Shown: in pieces, positions 6,610-18,700 of the stretch
Layout: each line of letters begins with the position of its first letter
How positions within the stretch are numbered: position 1 is the first letter of the stretch
Source: Euryarchaeota archaeon UBA602
GTDB lineage: Archaea > Thermoplasmatota > Poseidoniia > Poseidoniales > Thalassarchaeaceae
Assembly (NCBI GenBank): GCA_002498455.1
Contig: DAHO01000052.1
Coordinates: 25,527-87,802, forward strand
Direction: 5' to 3'
Length of the DNA: 62,276 nucleotides
Notes under the pieces: model-generated
What the model was told of the DNA's origin: nothing
Database searches by the model: none
The model's input: only the letters and a program-made list of their open reading frames with translations
Translations under genes and position numbers: made by a program

Positions 6610-9606
6610 ATGGTGTACGGAGTCACCGTAGGTGAGCCTGTGCTGGGTGCTTCAAGAGACAATCATTCGGTAGCCATCCTTCTGGTTGCCATCATGGTGG
6701 GTTCCTTGTTTGTAGGCGCTGCGTCACCCCATTCCGAACTCAAAGAATTGCCAACGCGCAGCAATTCTAGCACGGTCAGTTACGATCTCTACTTCGCTTC
6801 AGCTCCAGGGGGTCATCCTACGGATGGAAGGATTACAACTGATCGTCCCGACAGTGGTGGCCAGGATGAGGAATCAGCTTCAGGTACCAATGTCGAGTTT
6901 TCCACCGATCAGTTGCTTACTGACATGGTGTTCAGCGGTTCTCCCGATGGGAGCCAATACGATGTCGAAATTTTACTATTCTTGAAGGCAACTGGACAAG
7001 AAGGTTCGACGGTTGATTGGACCATCTCTCTAGTCGCAGGTACTGCAATTATAGCAACTGAGGAAATGCAATCCGATGCCTGTAATCCCGGTGGTGGCGG
7101 CCTGATTGGAGGCGGTGAAACCTGTGGCTTTAATGAACGTCTTTTCCGGCCCAGTTGGACTGGGAATGGCGACTTTACTGTAGATGAAGGGGAGCGGCTC
7201 AAGGTCGTGGTCTCAGCCGACATGGATTGCAGTTCAGGTGGAGGTGACACTCCGGATACACCAAACGGATCGGATGGTGGCACCAGCGGGCGACAATGGC
7301 CTGGTGGTGGTGGGAATGCAGAGTGCGATGCTTGGGTTGCATGGAACGAAATCGATGATGAACCCAATCGGTTTTCACAAATCGAAATTGATGTTCGCCC
7401 ACTTGAGGGCTCACAGGTTAAGGTCCAGCGACCTGGTGCTGTCTGGACGGATCCAGAAGTCGATACCTGGTTCCCCAACGATGACGAGGAAATGCGTGTG
7501 ATGCAATTCAACTTGGAATTGCTAAACGGATTTGGGAGAGAAGATATCGACGAAGTCTCGCTCGTGATGACCAAGCCGGATACAACCATTGCATTCACTC
7601 ACACTTTTAGTGAGAATGAAATTGATGAAGACGGCAATGCCCAGAGAGCACAATACAACTGGAGTTATCCCGGTGGACTGGAATCTGGCGATTATGAAAT
7701 TGAAGTGGAAGTTCGAAATATCCAGGGTAAAGTGTTCGCCATTGACCACCCCACCGTTCGGATGAACGAGTATGGTATCTCACTCACACACGGCAGTGAA
7801 AGAGTGGTCGAATACATTGCACCGAGCTCAACGACGCCGGTGAATCTCGATCTGCGACATGTGGGTGCATCTGGAAGTGGGTACAACCTTACTTGTGAGA
7901 TGGCAGTCCTGACAAACTTCGGTTCGAACTGGATTATTGAGTTTAATAAGGCGGACCGTATTTATCCGCTTTCAGGTGGTGGCAACACGGCTCATCCAAC
8001 ACTACTGTTGACGGCTCCAGATGATCTATCAGGGTCTCCCGACACCATTCAAATTCGTGCGGTCGCTTATGATTCTCAATCGGTCATGGTTCATCAAACA
8101 ACCTTGCAGTTGGACCTTGAAAAACTGGATACCTATGCCCCACCAATGGTCAGCCTTTGGCCTGAAGAACATGACAATCAGTATGCCAACAGTACCGGTG
8201 CTCTAAACATCGATGAGACGGTACCACGCTACGTTGAAGATGGTGTTTACACCACGTTCTACCTTGAGATTTTCAACACGGGTTTTGACACCGATCAATT
8301 CCGAATCGATGTCAAGCAAGACTCGAATGCAAATCTGCGGTTTTGGGATAACGATACAGGTCAGCGTATCGAGGAAAATGAAGGTGATGGGACGTTCCAT
8401 ACTTCAAGTCTGGATCGCCACACAACGCAAACGATTCGTCTTCAAGTCAAACCCTCGACCTCTCGAGACGACCCTGATACGGGGATGATCGAACTTGAGA
8501 CGATTAGTATGGGCAATTCGACTCAGAAGGCGACCATCGCCTTCACAATCCAGCGAACTTTCGGAATCCAAGCTGAGGTGGTTTACGATTGCGATGCAAC
8601 ACCATTTGGCCACGTAGAGGCGGACATTTGTCTAAATAGTGCGGAAAAGATATCCTTTGATATCGATATTACCAACACCATGGCAGAGGGCAATACCGCT
8701 ACCGATTGGTTGATTGTCAACCCGAAGGATTTGGATCGCAATATTAACGAGGACTTGTATCCAGATGCAAACGAGAATTACAGTTTGTGGATGTATGAAA
8801 TCACTGATACGAATGAGGACCCATCACCTCGTGTCCAGTTGGCTCCTGGCGACTCCCAGTTGATCAATCTCGACATCACTCTGACAGCGCAAGTTCCTGA
8901 AGGCAATCACACCATCTATCTACGAATCCGTGAAGACATTTCCGATCTCTCACTCGCACGCTACTTCGATTTGCCGTTGACAATCCTGATTGGCAAGGAT
9001 AAGCCTCAACTCTCCATCCATCAAATTACCCAAATTCATGCTCTGCAGCCTGGCGGAATTAGTGAGATTCAGATGAAGGTCAAGAACGATGGAAATACCG
9101 ATGTAATGGTATTGCTCGATGTTGATGTCTCTGGTGATTGGGATGCAGATGTAGTCAGCCAGAATGGTGCGCAAGTCGTGACAGTGAAGGCATTCAGCGA
9201 GGTGTCGTTTACCGTGACAATCACGGCCGGTGAATCGGCGCTTAATGGGGACCAAAAGGAGGTAGTAGTCTCCGCCAAACCTCTCTCGGAGGAGGAATCG
9301 TTCGGAGAACAATATACAGCTGAAAAAACGTTGACAATCCAAGTGTCAATGAACAGTATCACTGAAATCATTGTCAATGAATTGACCAATCCAAGGCCGG
9401 CAACAATTGCCATTGGTTTGGGCATGATTATCCTCCTTGTTGCGGCAGTCTCCGGGCGAAGAAATCGCATTGAGTACGTCGATGTATGGGTGGACGATGA
9501 TGAAGAAGAGGACGAAGATGAGGGTCTTGAATTACCGGATTTAGTTTCTTCTGATGATGATGATACATACGATGATGATGACATCGAACTTGTCGATCTT
9601 GACTAG
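6610..9606 (+). CDS. large exported, C-terminally membrane-anchored surface protein (CARDB/NEW3-like repeats) with a poly-acidic tail
   Basis: This is a 998-aa ORF with an N-terminal hydrophobic segment (AILLVAIMVGSLFVGAA). It has repeated beta-rich modules (e.g. ISEIQMKVKNDGNTDVMVLLDVDVSGDWDADVV) and many N-x-S/T sequons. The C-terminal TM (IAIGLGMIILLVAAV) is followed by DDDEEEDEDE...DDDDIELVDLD. Confidence 0.75.
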   Translation: MVYGVTVGEPVLGASRDNHSVAILLVAIMVGSLFVGAASPHSELKELPTRSNSSTVSYDLYFASAPGGHPTDGRITTDRPDSGGQDEESASGTNVEFSTDQLLTDMVFSGSPDGSQYDVEILLFLKATGQEGSTVDWTISLVAGTAIIATEEMQSDACNPGGGGLIGGGETCGFNERLFRPSWTGNGDFTVDEGERLKVVVSADMDCSSGGGDTPDTPNGSDGGTSGRQWPGGGGNAECDAWVAWNEIDDEPNRFSQIEIDVRPLEGSQVKVQRPGAVWTDPEVDTWFPNDDEEMRVMQFNLELLNGFGREDIDEVSLVMTKPDTTIAFTHTFSENEIDEDGNAQRAQYNWSYPGGLESGDYEIEVEVRNIQGKVFAIDHPTVRMNEYGISLTHGSERVVEYIAPSSTTPVNLDLRHVGASGSGYNLTCEMAVLTNFGSNWIIEFNKADRIYPLSGGGNTAHPTLLLTAPDDLSGSPDTIQIRAVAYDSQSVMVHQTTLQLDLEKLDTYAPPMVSLWPEEHDNQYANSTGALNIDETVPRYVEDGVYTTFYLEIFNTGFDTDQFRIDVKQDSNANLRFWDNDTGQRIEENEGDGTFHTSSLDRHTTQTIRLQVKPSTSRDDPDTGMIELETISMGNSTQKATIAFTIQRTFGIQAEVVYDCDATPFGHVEADICLNSAEKISFDIDITNTMAEGNTATDWLIVNPKDLDRNINEDLYPDANENYSLWMYEITDTNEDPSPRVQLAPGDSQLINLDITLTAQVPEGNHTIYLRIREDISDLSLARYFDLPLTILIGKDKPQLSIHQITQIHALQPGGISEIQMKVKNDGNTDVMVLLDVDVSGDWDADVVSQNGAQVVTVKAFSEVSFTVTITAGESALNGDQKEVVVSAKPLSEEESFGEQYTAEKTLTIQVSMNSITEIIVNELTNPRPATIAIGLGMIILLVAAVSGRRNRIEYVDVWVDDDEEEDEDEGLELPDLVSSDDDDTYDDDDIELVDLD

Positions 9607-9619
9607 GTGATTTTCGTTT

Positions 9620-9638
9620 GACCCTCCTTAGGAGGGTC
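9620..9638 (+). terminator. terminator-like hairpin after the 998-aa gene
   Basis: GACCCTCC-TTA-GGAGGGTC forms a perfect 8-bp stem starting 14 nt after the stop. T-rich sequence (ttttcgttt) lies just upstream. Confidence 0.45.
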
Positions 9639-9707
9639 GAAATCTGTCCGAACACCGCTCCATTTGTCTTAATACCCTGATGGGCACGGAGATGACTGGG
9701 TTCAGCC

Positions 9708-12700
9708 ATGCCTACGAACGTATCTTCCTCCTCGGTCGCCGCCGGATTGACACTGCGAACGCAGAAATACCGTGCGGTTGGTCTGACTTTACTGATGATT
9801 TTCTCGAGCCTTGCAGCGCTACAATTTGCCAGTTGGGAAGCTGCGGCTTCCACCGATCAAGATGGCGATGGATTGACCCTTGGTCTTGAATTCCTTCTCA
9901 ATACCCAACCGACCGATTGGGACAGTGACAACGACGGCTTGCCCGATGGATGGGAATACCAGTATGGATTGGACCCCTTGGATGCCTCAAGTCTCGGCAA
10001 TGATGGCGCTGCCGGTGACCCCGACGGCGATGGTTTGACCAATCTACAGGAGTACACCTACCTCGAGCCTTCGACGTGGGATTTGTCCAGCACGCCCAGT
10101 GTATTGGACAACGGTGTATGGTGGAATGGCACAGTTCCTGTTCGAAATTGGGATGAAGAAACCGCCATGCAAGCCACTCAAGGCCAAGGTTCGGATGGAA
10201 CCGATGAAGATCCGATGGGCGACATGTGCAACGATAACATTGACAATGATTACGACGGCTTGGTCGATTCTCAAGATCCAGACAACGATGGTGATTCCAA
10301 CTGTGGGAGCGATGACGATGATGGAGACGGTGATATCGATGAAGATCCCGATGGCTGGGATACGGACAATGACGGGATGTCGGATGGTTGGGAAGTTGCC
10401 AATGGTCTGAACGCGACCAGCCCCTCAAACGCTGACGGTATGTTCGGCGACCCTGATGGCGATGGTCTAGTCAACATCTACGAATACATGAATCCGTCAT
10501 GGGACACCAGCAACAACGGCGTGGATTACTTCCAGCCCGGGCCTGCGAATAGCGGCCGAACAGAAACGATTTCTCCTTGCAATCCTGTTCTAGCGATTGG
10601 ACCGGGTGGTTGTACGACATTGACAGCTGAAGTCGACGGTGTATTCACGACAAATCCGTTGATTGCCGATACGGATGGCGATGGTCTGAATGACTCCCAC
10701 GAGGCTCTTGTCCTACTGACGGACCCCACTGACGTTGATACCGACAGTGACGGTATCGATGATGGTGTTGAAGTCAATGGATTGTACGGAAACCCGGCCC
10801 AGGCGAGTGACCCCCGCGACAACAACACCGATGACGATTTACTCGATGATGGTGATGAAGACAAGAACGGCAATGGGCAAATCGATGCCAATGAGACGGA
10901 CCCGACTCGTCGTGAAGATGCCGGAGACTTCGATAATGATGGGATTGAAAACTGGGAAGAAAACCTCTCCTGTACGCTCTGGAATGTCTTTGATTCTGAT
11001 TTCGGTGGCGTTGGTGATGGAGATGAGCGAAATTGGTCACACGGGACAGATCCCTGTGATTCTTTCATCGACTTCTCGTCATTGATTTCTAGTTATGACC
11101 CCGCCTTACAACGCTTAACGTTGGCCAATGCATCCGGTTTCAATCCCAACGGTGGAACTGGATATTACAACGATTCTAGTGGACAACATACCTCGTTCGC
11201 ATATTCTTCAATTCAATCTAACATTCTCTTGGGAGTCGCTCTACCTCCTCCAACGGGTACCACCGATGCTGTGAGTAAGAACGGTTCATGGTGTCATTAT
11301 GATGCGATTAACACAGGCACCATTGGCTCCACTCAACGCCATTGTGACGATGACTTCGAAGATACGGATGGAGATGGCCTAGCCGATTGGCAGGAATTGA
11401 TGGGTACCTTTGGATTCACATCTCTGCCCACTTTAGTCGATTCAGATGGCGACGGTGTCGATGACTACGATGAGGTCATGGGTGGAACCGACCCCATGGA
11501 ACCTTGTCACAATAATCTCGATTCAGATGGCGACCTGTTGAACAATTACTTTGAGAACAATACCGGTTGTCCAGTGTCATTCATCCCCGGCATCATTGGG
11601 AATGGAACTGTGGATACTTACGTCACAAACTATCTGGTCCCCGATACCGATGCCGGAGGTGTATGGGACGGTCAGGAATACATCGATGGGACTAACCCAC
11701 AGAACAATCCAAGCGACGATCAAAACCCAATCGATACCGACGGTGATGGAATCCCAGACAGTGTAGAGAACATCACGGGTACCGACTGGCGCGACCCTGA
11801 TACTGATGGCGGTGGCATGATTGATGGAGAAGAGTGCCCTCCTCCATTGTGGGTGTTCAACTGTATAGGTGGAAACTTCGACCCGTGGAACCCCAATGAT
11901 GATGTCATCCAAAATGAGATTGTATTCTATGCCAACAACACCACATTCGGTGTTGATGCAACGTTAGACCGATATTGGCGTGTTCATACTTATGATGCAT
12001 ACACGGGCGCGGCTTACGGAAAGAATGCATCCAACCAGATTTGGACCCCCGTGGCTCAAGGCTTCGGGAACGAACAGTGGATTGCGAACAGTACGTTCCG
12101 AAATTCGACCGAAAGTTGGTCTCTTGAATTCGTCAACCCGGTTGAGAGTGCCAACGTGCCCTACCCGTATGCGACAACAGGAATCATGGGTTGGGCCGAT
12201 ACATTGGCCAATCTCAGTCATGGTAACATTACTCACGACATTAAGGTAGAGGATGCCGGTTTGGTCGGGATGTTTGTTGATGCTCCTGAAATATGGTATG
12301 ACACCAGTGAGTTGGATTTGTCCATCCCATACGCAGGAGCAGGAACATATGCGTTGGATGTACCCAGTGAATTCAACGATCCATCCCATCCGTATTCAGA
12401 AGTATTCAACATCACGAATGCAGTCATCAATGATGCGGGTGCAGTGAGCGCCTATGACAAGGCTGTTGCAATCCAGGAGTTCCTCTTGAATGGGAATGGT
12501 ACTACCGAATATTTACGCAACTACGATGGTAGTGGTTTGCCGATTGGTGAAGATCTCACCTTCCACCTTGTTGTCGCAGCCAAGGAGGGTCGATGTACGG
12601 AATTCTCGACTGCCTTCACAACCATGCTACGCTTGGCAGGTCTTCCTGCGCGAAAGGTTACAGGATACCATGGGGGTTACTGGAATGGCCAAGGTTACAC

Positions 12701-15700
12701 TGTTGCAGGTGTACACTCTGATTCTTGGTCTGAAGTACACCTGCAGACCAACCCTGCCGGCAATTCATTGGACATGGGTTGGATTCCACTCGACCCTTGT
12801 CCAGCCGCAGCCCCGACGCAAGTTGTCAATGAAACTTGGGAACCATTGACGGTTCACCGCAATCTCTCAACAGGCAATATTTGGCTCAATGGTACCTTAG
12901 AGTTCACAGATAACAACACGGCGATTGAAAATCACACCGTCCGCCTCTATCTGATGCCACCGGCAATTGCCAACATCAATCCTAGTTTGGGCGCCACTGG
13001 TGCACGCCAATTGGGTGAGACAATCACCGGCTCACTTGGAAACTTTAGCCTACGTGGTGTACCGGCTGAAATCATCGAACCTGGTTATGGTTCATTGGTG
13101 GTTGAGGTCACTCAGGGTGGATATGTTGAACTGTCATACAAGACATTCAGCTGGACCATCAACGTCACGGATACTCTGAACATTACCCAAGATACACCTT
13201 CGTTACCTGGAGAACCAATTGTAGGAGCAGGGACGACAACACTGGTTTCCGGAAACGTGCGATGGGAAAGCATTCCATTCCTCGACCCAAGCGATGTTGG
13301 TTCGCTAATCTTGTTCATGAACTACACCAGTTCGGTTGATGGTGCCGTGTCTATGCAAACCACTGTAGGTGAAGATGGGTATTACGAGTTCAATGTCACA
13401 CTTGATGAGAATGAGAATATTGGACTCTTGCCTGCAGTCATTGAGTTCCCGGGTTGGCATGTCGATGGTCTACATCTTGTATCGCCACCAACTTACCATG
13501 CCTTACCGAGTACCTACAACTTGAATTTCAACATCAGTGCCGCCCCCAATCTCACTGCGACATTGGAAGGACCCGGTGCCAATGATTCACTACTACCAGT
13601 CGATGAGAATCTATTCATCAACGGTACCGTACTCTCTCGCGGTGTATCTGTTGTACCAATGGAAGGAACACTTTGGTTGCAAATGCGGATGAACGGTTCT
13701 TCCGGTCCGATGGAGAATATCACATCATGGGTCCTCAACTCTTCTACCTGGTCTTCAAGCCCAGGAAACTTCAGTCTGGTATGGAATTTCAGCGTTGCAA
13801 ATGCTCAAATGCTGGATCCTGGCTATCTTGATGTCGAGTTGCTCTTCATCCCAGATGTCCTCGGTGCCAGTGACATTGCAGGGCTCCAAGAAGAATCAAC
13901 GAACACAGGGCTGAATTATGGTTTACAGACGATTGTCAATATCGAATACAACATTGGTCCCCTTGAAAGAGGAGTTGATACGACATCCGTCATCGGTTTG
14001 ACAGATCACCGTGGTAACTACGTATTGCCGGCTAACGGAACTTATCTTTCGACATTCAACGGGCAATTAATCGCCACGAACAATTCAGTGGATGCCGAGT
14101 CGGGTTCTTTGATTATCGATTGGGTCCCAGATCCGAGTACACCTGTTGGTGACTATGTTTGGTACACCAACTATACATCGTCGACACAATGGTACAAGGA
14201 TGCAACCAGCCAAGGTGATGTTCGAGTCACTGGATTGATCCTCATCAGTTCAACCTTGGCTTCGGATTGGGTTCACATCGGTTCGACAACCTACATTACT
14301 GGTGATATGCGTGATGATTTGACCAACAATATAATCACGGGCAATCAGACAACCCTCATCTTTGAATTTGAGATTCCCGGTGTGGGTCCACCGGATCCAA
14401 TGGGTAACCCTCCTCCCCCCACACTGATTCCAATCGGTTCGGTTCCGGTGAATTCAACCACGGGTCTGTACAATTTCTCATTCACGATGCCCACCAATAT
14501 GCCTGGTGGAATTTGGGACATCAGCGTCTCTGCAGACTTTGCAGCGGGCGCTCCACCCGGTGGTGCTTACTACAATCTGGAAGAACCTTACACTTTTGAA
14601 ATTGGGACCGAGTCCGAGTCGACTCTGCTGGTCAACAATTCAAACCTCCTTGTGGAAGTGAGCAATGACTTGGTGATTGAAGTCGACGTCAAAGATATTG
14701 CAGCGTTCTATTCTGAAGCCCCCCTCGGTCTTGAAGACATGCAAAACATCTCTCAAGCCGGTGTTGAATTCTTCTGGGATGCAAATGGGGCCAACACCTC
14801 CTTGGGAACATTCGCGACCAACAGTGATGGCCGTGTGACTCTGACATGGACGGTTCCACTACAGCAGGAGCCGGGGTATTACGATGTATGGATGGTCATG
14901 TATGATGACCAGAGTGATACGTTGTCGACCAACAATGGTGCGCGCTACACGGGCAACGATACCATGGCAAATGTTACTGTACAAGTGATTAGTTCTGTCG
15001 TATTCGATCCGTCGACTCCCACAACAGTAGTTGCTGGAACCAATTTCCAGCTGACAGGAGTTGTGCAAGATTCAGTCAATTCTTCACGACCGTTCTCTGG
15101 GCCGGTTCGTGTGGATGTTTTCTGGTTGGATGAACCCGATGAATTGCTTGCGTCCGGATTTACTACCGCAGTAAATGGGACCTTCAACCTCAGTGTGAAC
15201 TCTGATCCGGAACTTGATGGAATCACCAGTGGTAATCACACCCTTGTTGTCTCAGTCATTGAGGGTTCCAATCCATTCTATCTTACTGCGACCGGTACGC
15301 ATGACATACTGGTGATGGGTGTCACCGACTTTGAGCAAACCTATCCTCTCTCCGGAATCGTCGTTAATCGTGGTGATTCTGTGACATTCGGAGGAAAGTT
15401 GGTCGAGACCACAGACTTTGGCTGTGACACCTGCAACGGTGCTCCACGAGTCCTCAACTTCACCACCGTATCTTCTCAATTCCATGACACATGGCTGGCT
15501 GAAACCGCTACGGATGTGAATGGTAGTGTTGAATTCACATACAACATCCCAACCACACAACCGTTGGGTCCAATCACCATTACACTTCACTACAATGGAA
15601 CTTGGAACCTGCTCCCGGATGCCAGCCCAATCAACACCGTCACGGTCCGTTCAATCACCGTCTTGGTCGTAGATACCATCACGGACAACCCAATTGCGGG

Positions 15701-18700
15701 TGGTGGATTCAATGTGACGGGTACTCTGGTATCAGACAATGGTTCTGCAATCATCACTCGTGATGGTACGCCCATGCTACCGACTCTCACTTTCGATATT
15801 GATGGGTTCACGAACACATTCACTGTGGCCAATGGGACCGCTCAAGGCAACGGTAGTTGGTGGGCCTGGGTGACTCTTGATGCGGATTTCCCACGTGGTA
15901 CGCATCTGATTACGGCCGAGTACACCCCAACGGTCAACTTCTACGAGTTTAGTACAGCAAACAACACGTTCGACAGTCGAGGGTATTCTGTACTGACAAT
16001 TACGTCCCCATTGGACTTGAATCTGGAAGATCGAACTGTGAGAGGTGACAATTTCACTCTCAACATCTCTTTGGTCGACAATGCTGGGAATCCGATTGCC
16101 AATGAAACGGTTTCAATTGACCCCGTCGGTATGAACACACCTCTGACAGTTACGACCGATGCGAATGGATTCGGTACGGTGGAAATCCAAGTCCTGAATA
16201 CAACCGTGCCAGGCCCACATACAATCTTGGCAAATTATGCAGGATTGAACGGCACTACTGGTGTAATCGGTGACGCCACTTCGACGCGAATTGTCATTCT
16301 TGCTCCGACGGTCTTGACCATTGACAGCATAGAGGGTGAGTTGATTGCCGGACAAACTTTGATCGTCAATGGTACCTTGCTAGATGAGTGGGGAATGCCT
16401 CTTCTCGACACTGAAGGCAATGCTTCCGGTGGAGTCATTCACCTGATTATCGATGGCAACAATGTCGGCAGCACCTGGGCAACCATTTCCAACGGTTCCA
16501 CAGGTGAGTACTCTCTCGTATACACGCTTCCACAGGATACCGAAGCTGGAGGCCATGCGCTCGAAGTGAGATTCCTTGGTGGCTACCTATGGGTAGATCC
16601 GGTGGGTGCAGGCGATTCAGTCAATCCCGAGTACTATCTAGGCTCTACCGCTTCAGCAGAGTTCAATGTAACACAACCGACATCGGTTGAAATTGTCGCT
16701 GGTGGCGGAGAGATTGATCGAGAACAGCTGATTTCATTGAGTGGAATTTTGGTTGACTCCGTCGACCGACCTGTAGCAAACATGACGATTAGCATCTATC
16801 TAGATGGTGTGTTCCTGACAAATGTAACAAGCAATGAGAACGGTACATTCGACGTATTCTATCCAGTACCTGCTGACATGACTCTTGGTCCGGTCACCAT
16901 GGATGTTGAGTATGCTGGGGCGACATTCTATCTGCCCTCGAGTTCAAGCATCGATTGGCAAGTGTTTAGTTCAGTCAATATCGAAATAACGCCCCCCGAA
17001 GCGGTTGCGATTGGTGATACGGTGGCCTTTACCGGTACAGTTCGTGACAATTTACCAGCGGGGTGGGTCGCAGGCCACAATGTCGATGTTCGAATCAATG
17101 GCATGCTCATTGGCAATGCAACCACGGATGAAAACGGCATTTGGATTCTGAATTGGACCATCCCAACGAACATGGAATTGGGTAGCCACGACATCGAAGT
17201 CTACGCTCCTGAGCAAGGATGGTATCGGAGTGGAGTCGCTAACCAAACACTATCCGTCGCGCACCATTCTGCGATTTCACTATCCGCCAACGGCGGTGAT
17301 GCGACACGTGGCTTTGATTGGTTCATCTCGGGCCGGTTGTACGATAGTGATGTTGTCGGACTTCCAGGAATTGCAAATGTGGAGGTTCAGGTGGCACTCG
17401 ATGGTGCCTCTATTGCTACCTTGACCACCGATGAAAATGGGAATTTCACTTTATCGATCCCAGTCGATATGTCCAGCACACGCGGTGACCATCTCGTTAC
17501 AGTTCTATACCCAGGCGATTCCTCTTGGTTGGGTAGTGAAAATGAAGTGACCGTCACAACTTGGGCTGATGTAGATGTGCAAATCACATTTGTATCAGAC
17601 AATTCAATTCGAAGCGATTCAACCCATCCAGTACGAATTGAGGGCCGTGTCGATGAAGTGGGTGGCAACGGAAACACACTGTCGAACCTCTCATTGGTGC
17701 TGATGGATGGCAATACATCATTGCCAACATCGAACCTTGTTTGGGACAACCTAACTGGCGGATTCGTGATTGAATTCACTGCTGATCGGTTCATGAATCC
17801 GGGTGAAATCACATTGATTCTCACGAGTGAACAAGACAATCTGCGTTATCTCAATTCTGGGAATACCACAGCCGAACTGTTCCTGCGCGTACGCGCAACA
17901 TTCGAAATTAATCCAGAGACCATCACTGTTGCTTGGGATTCACATTCGATTAACGGCACTGTGACTGTTAGAGACTTGTTTTCAAGTCAAGTAATCCCAG
18001 GAGTCGCCATTGAAGCGCATCTACAGAACCAATCTGAGATTGAGCCGTTTGAGATGTTCTTGGCAGGCTATACGGACGAAGGTGGGGTCTGGTCATTCGA
18101 ATTCTCAGTACCTGAGGCACTACCGCCCCTGTCGGATCAAGACTACTGGGGTACTCTGTACTTGCAATTCAACAGTTCATCCGTCGAACTTTCAGAAGAC
18201 AGTCGTGACAACCTCGCGCGTGACATCTACATGCTCGAATATGAGTCACAGAGTGAGGCCGCAGACAGTGTCTCGAATTGGGTTTATGCCGTTGTATTGG
18301 CACTTGTTATTGCTGCGGGTGCAGGCGCTTGGGTTCTCTATACACGCCGCCGGGAAGCAATCGATGAGTTGGCGGAAATCTTCTCATATACTGCCGAGCT
18401 TTTGGCAGCAGGGGATGCGATTCGAGAAGCGATTTTCCACTGCTATGAAGAACTCTGTGGCGTCTTGATGGCCCATGGTCATCTACGTCGAGACTTCGAA
18501 ACCGTTCGAGAGTTTGAAATGGCGATTCGTAAGGCGATGCCAACCATTAGTGATGAGGCCTTGACTGCTCTTGACAACATGTTTGAGATTGCGAGATACA
18601 GCCGACAAGAACTGGGCGAAAGTCACCGCAGCCAAGCAGCAGCGGCTCTTCAACGAGCAATCGCAGAAATCGAGAATGCAGTTCAAATGCCTGCAACTGC

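Noticed and set aside
6909-7598. A 229-aa minus-strand ORF, and many similar 60-170-aa antisense ORFs inside the 998-aa, 3003-aa, rpoB and rpoA1 genes.
   Set aside because: They are fully nested in long, motif-supported ORFs on the other strand, and their translations are low-complexity (Ser/Pro/Arg-rich).
9428-9853. A 141-aa minus-strand ORF bridging the gap between the two giant genes.
   Set aside because: It overlaps the acidic tail of one gene and the signal region of the next in antisense. It is His/Arg-rich low-complexity sequence.
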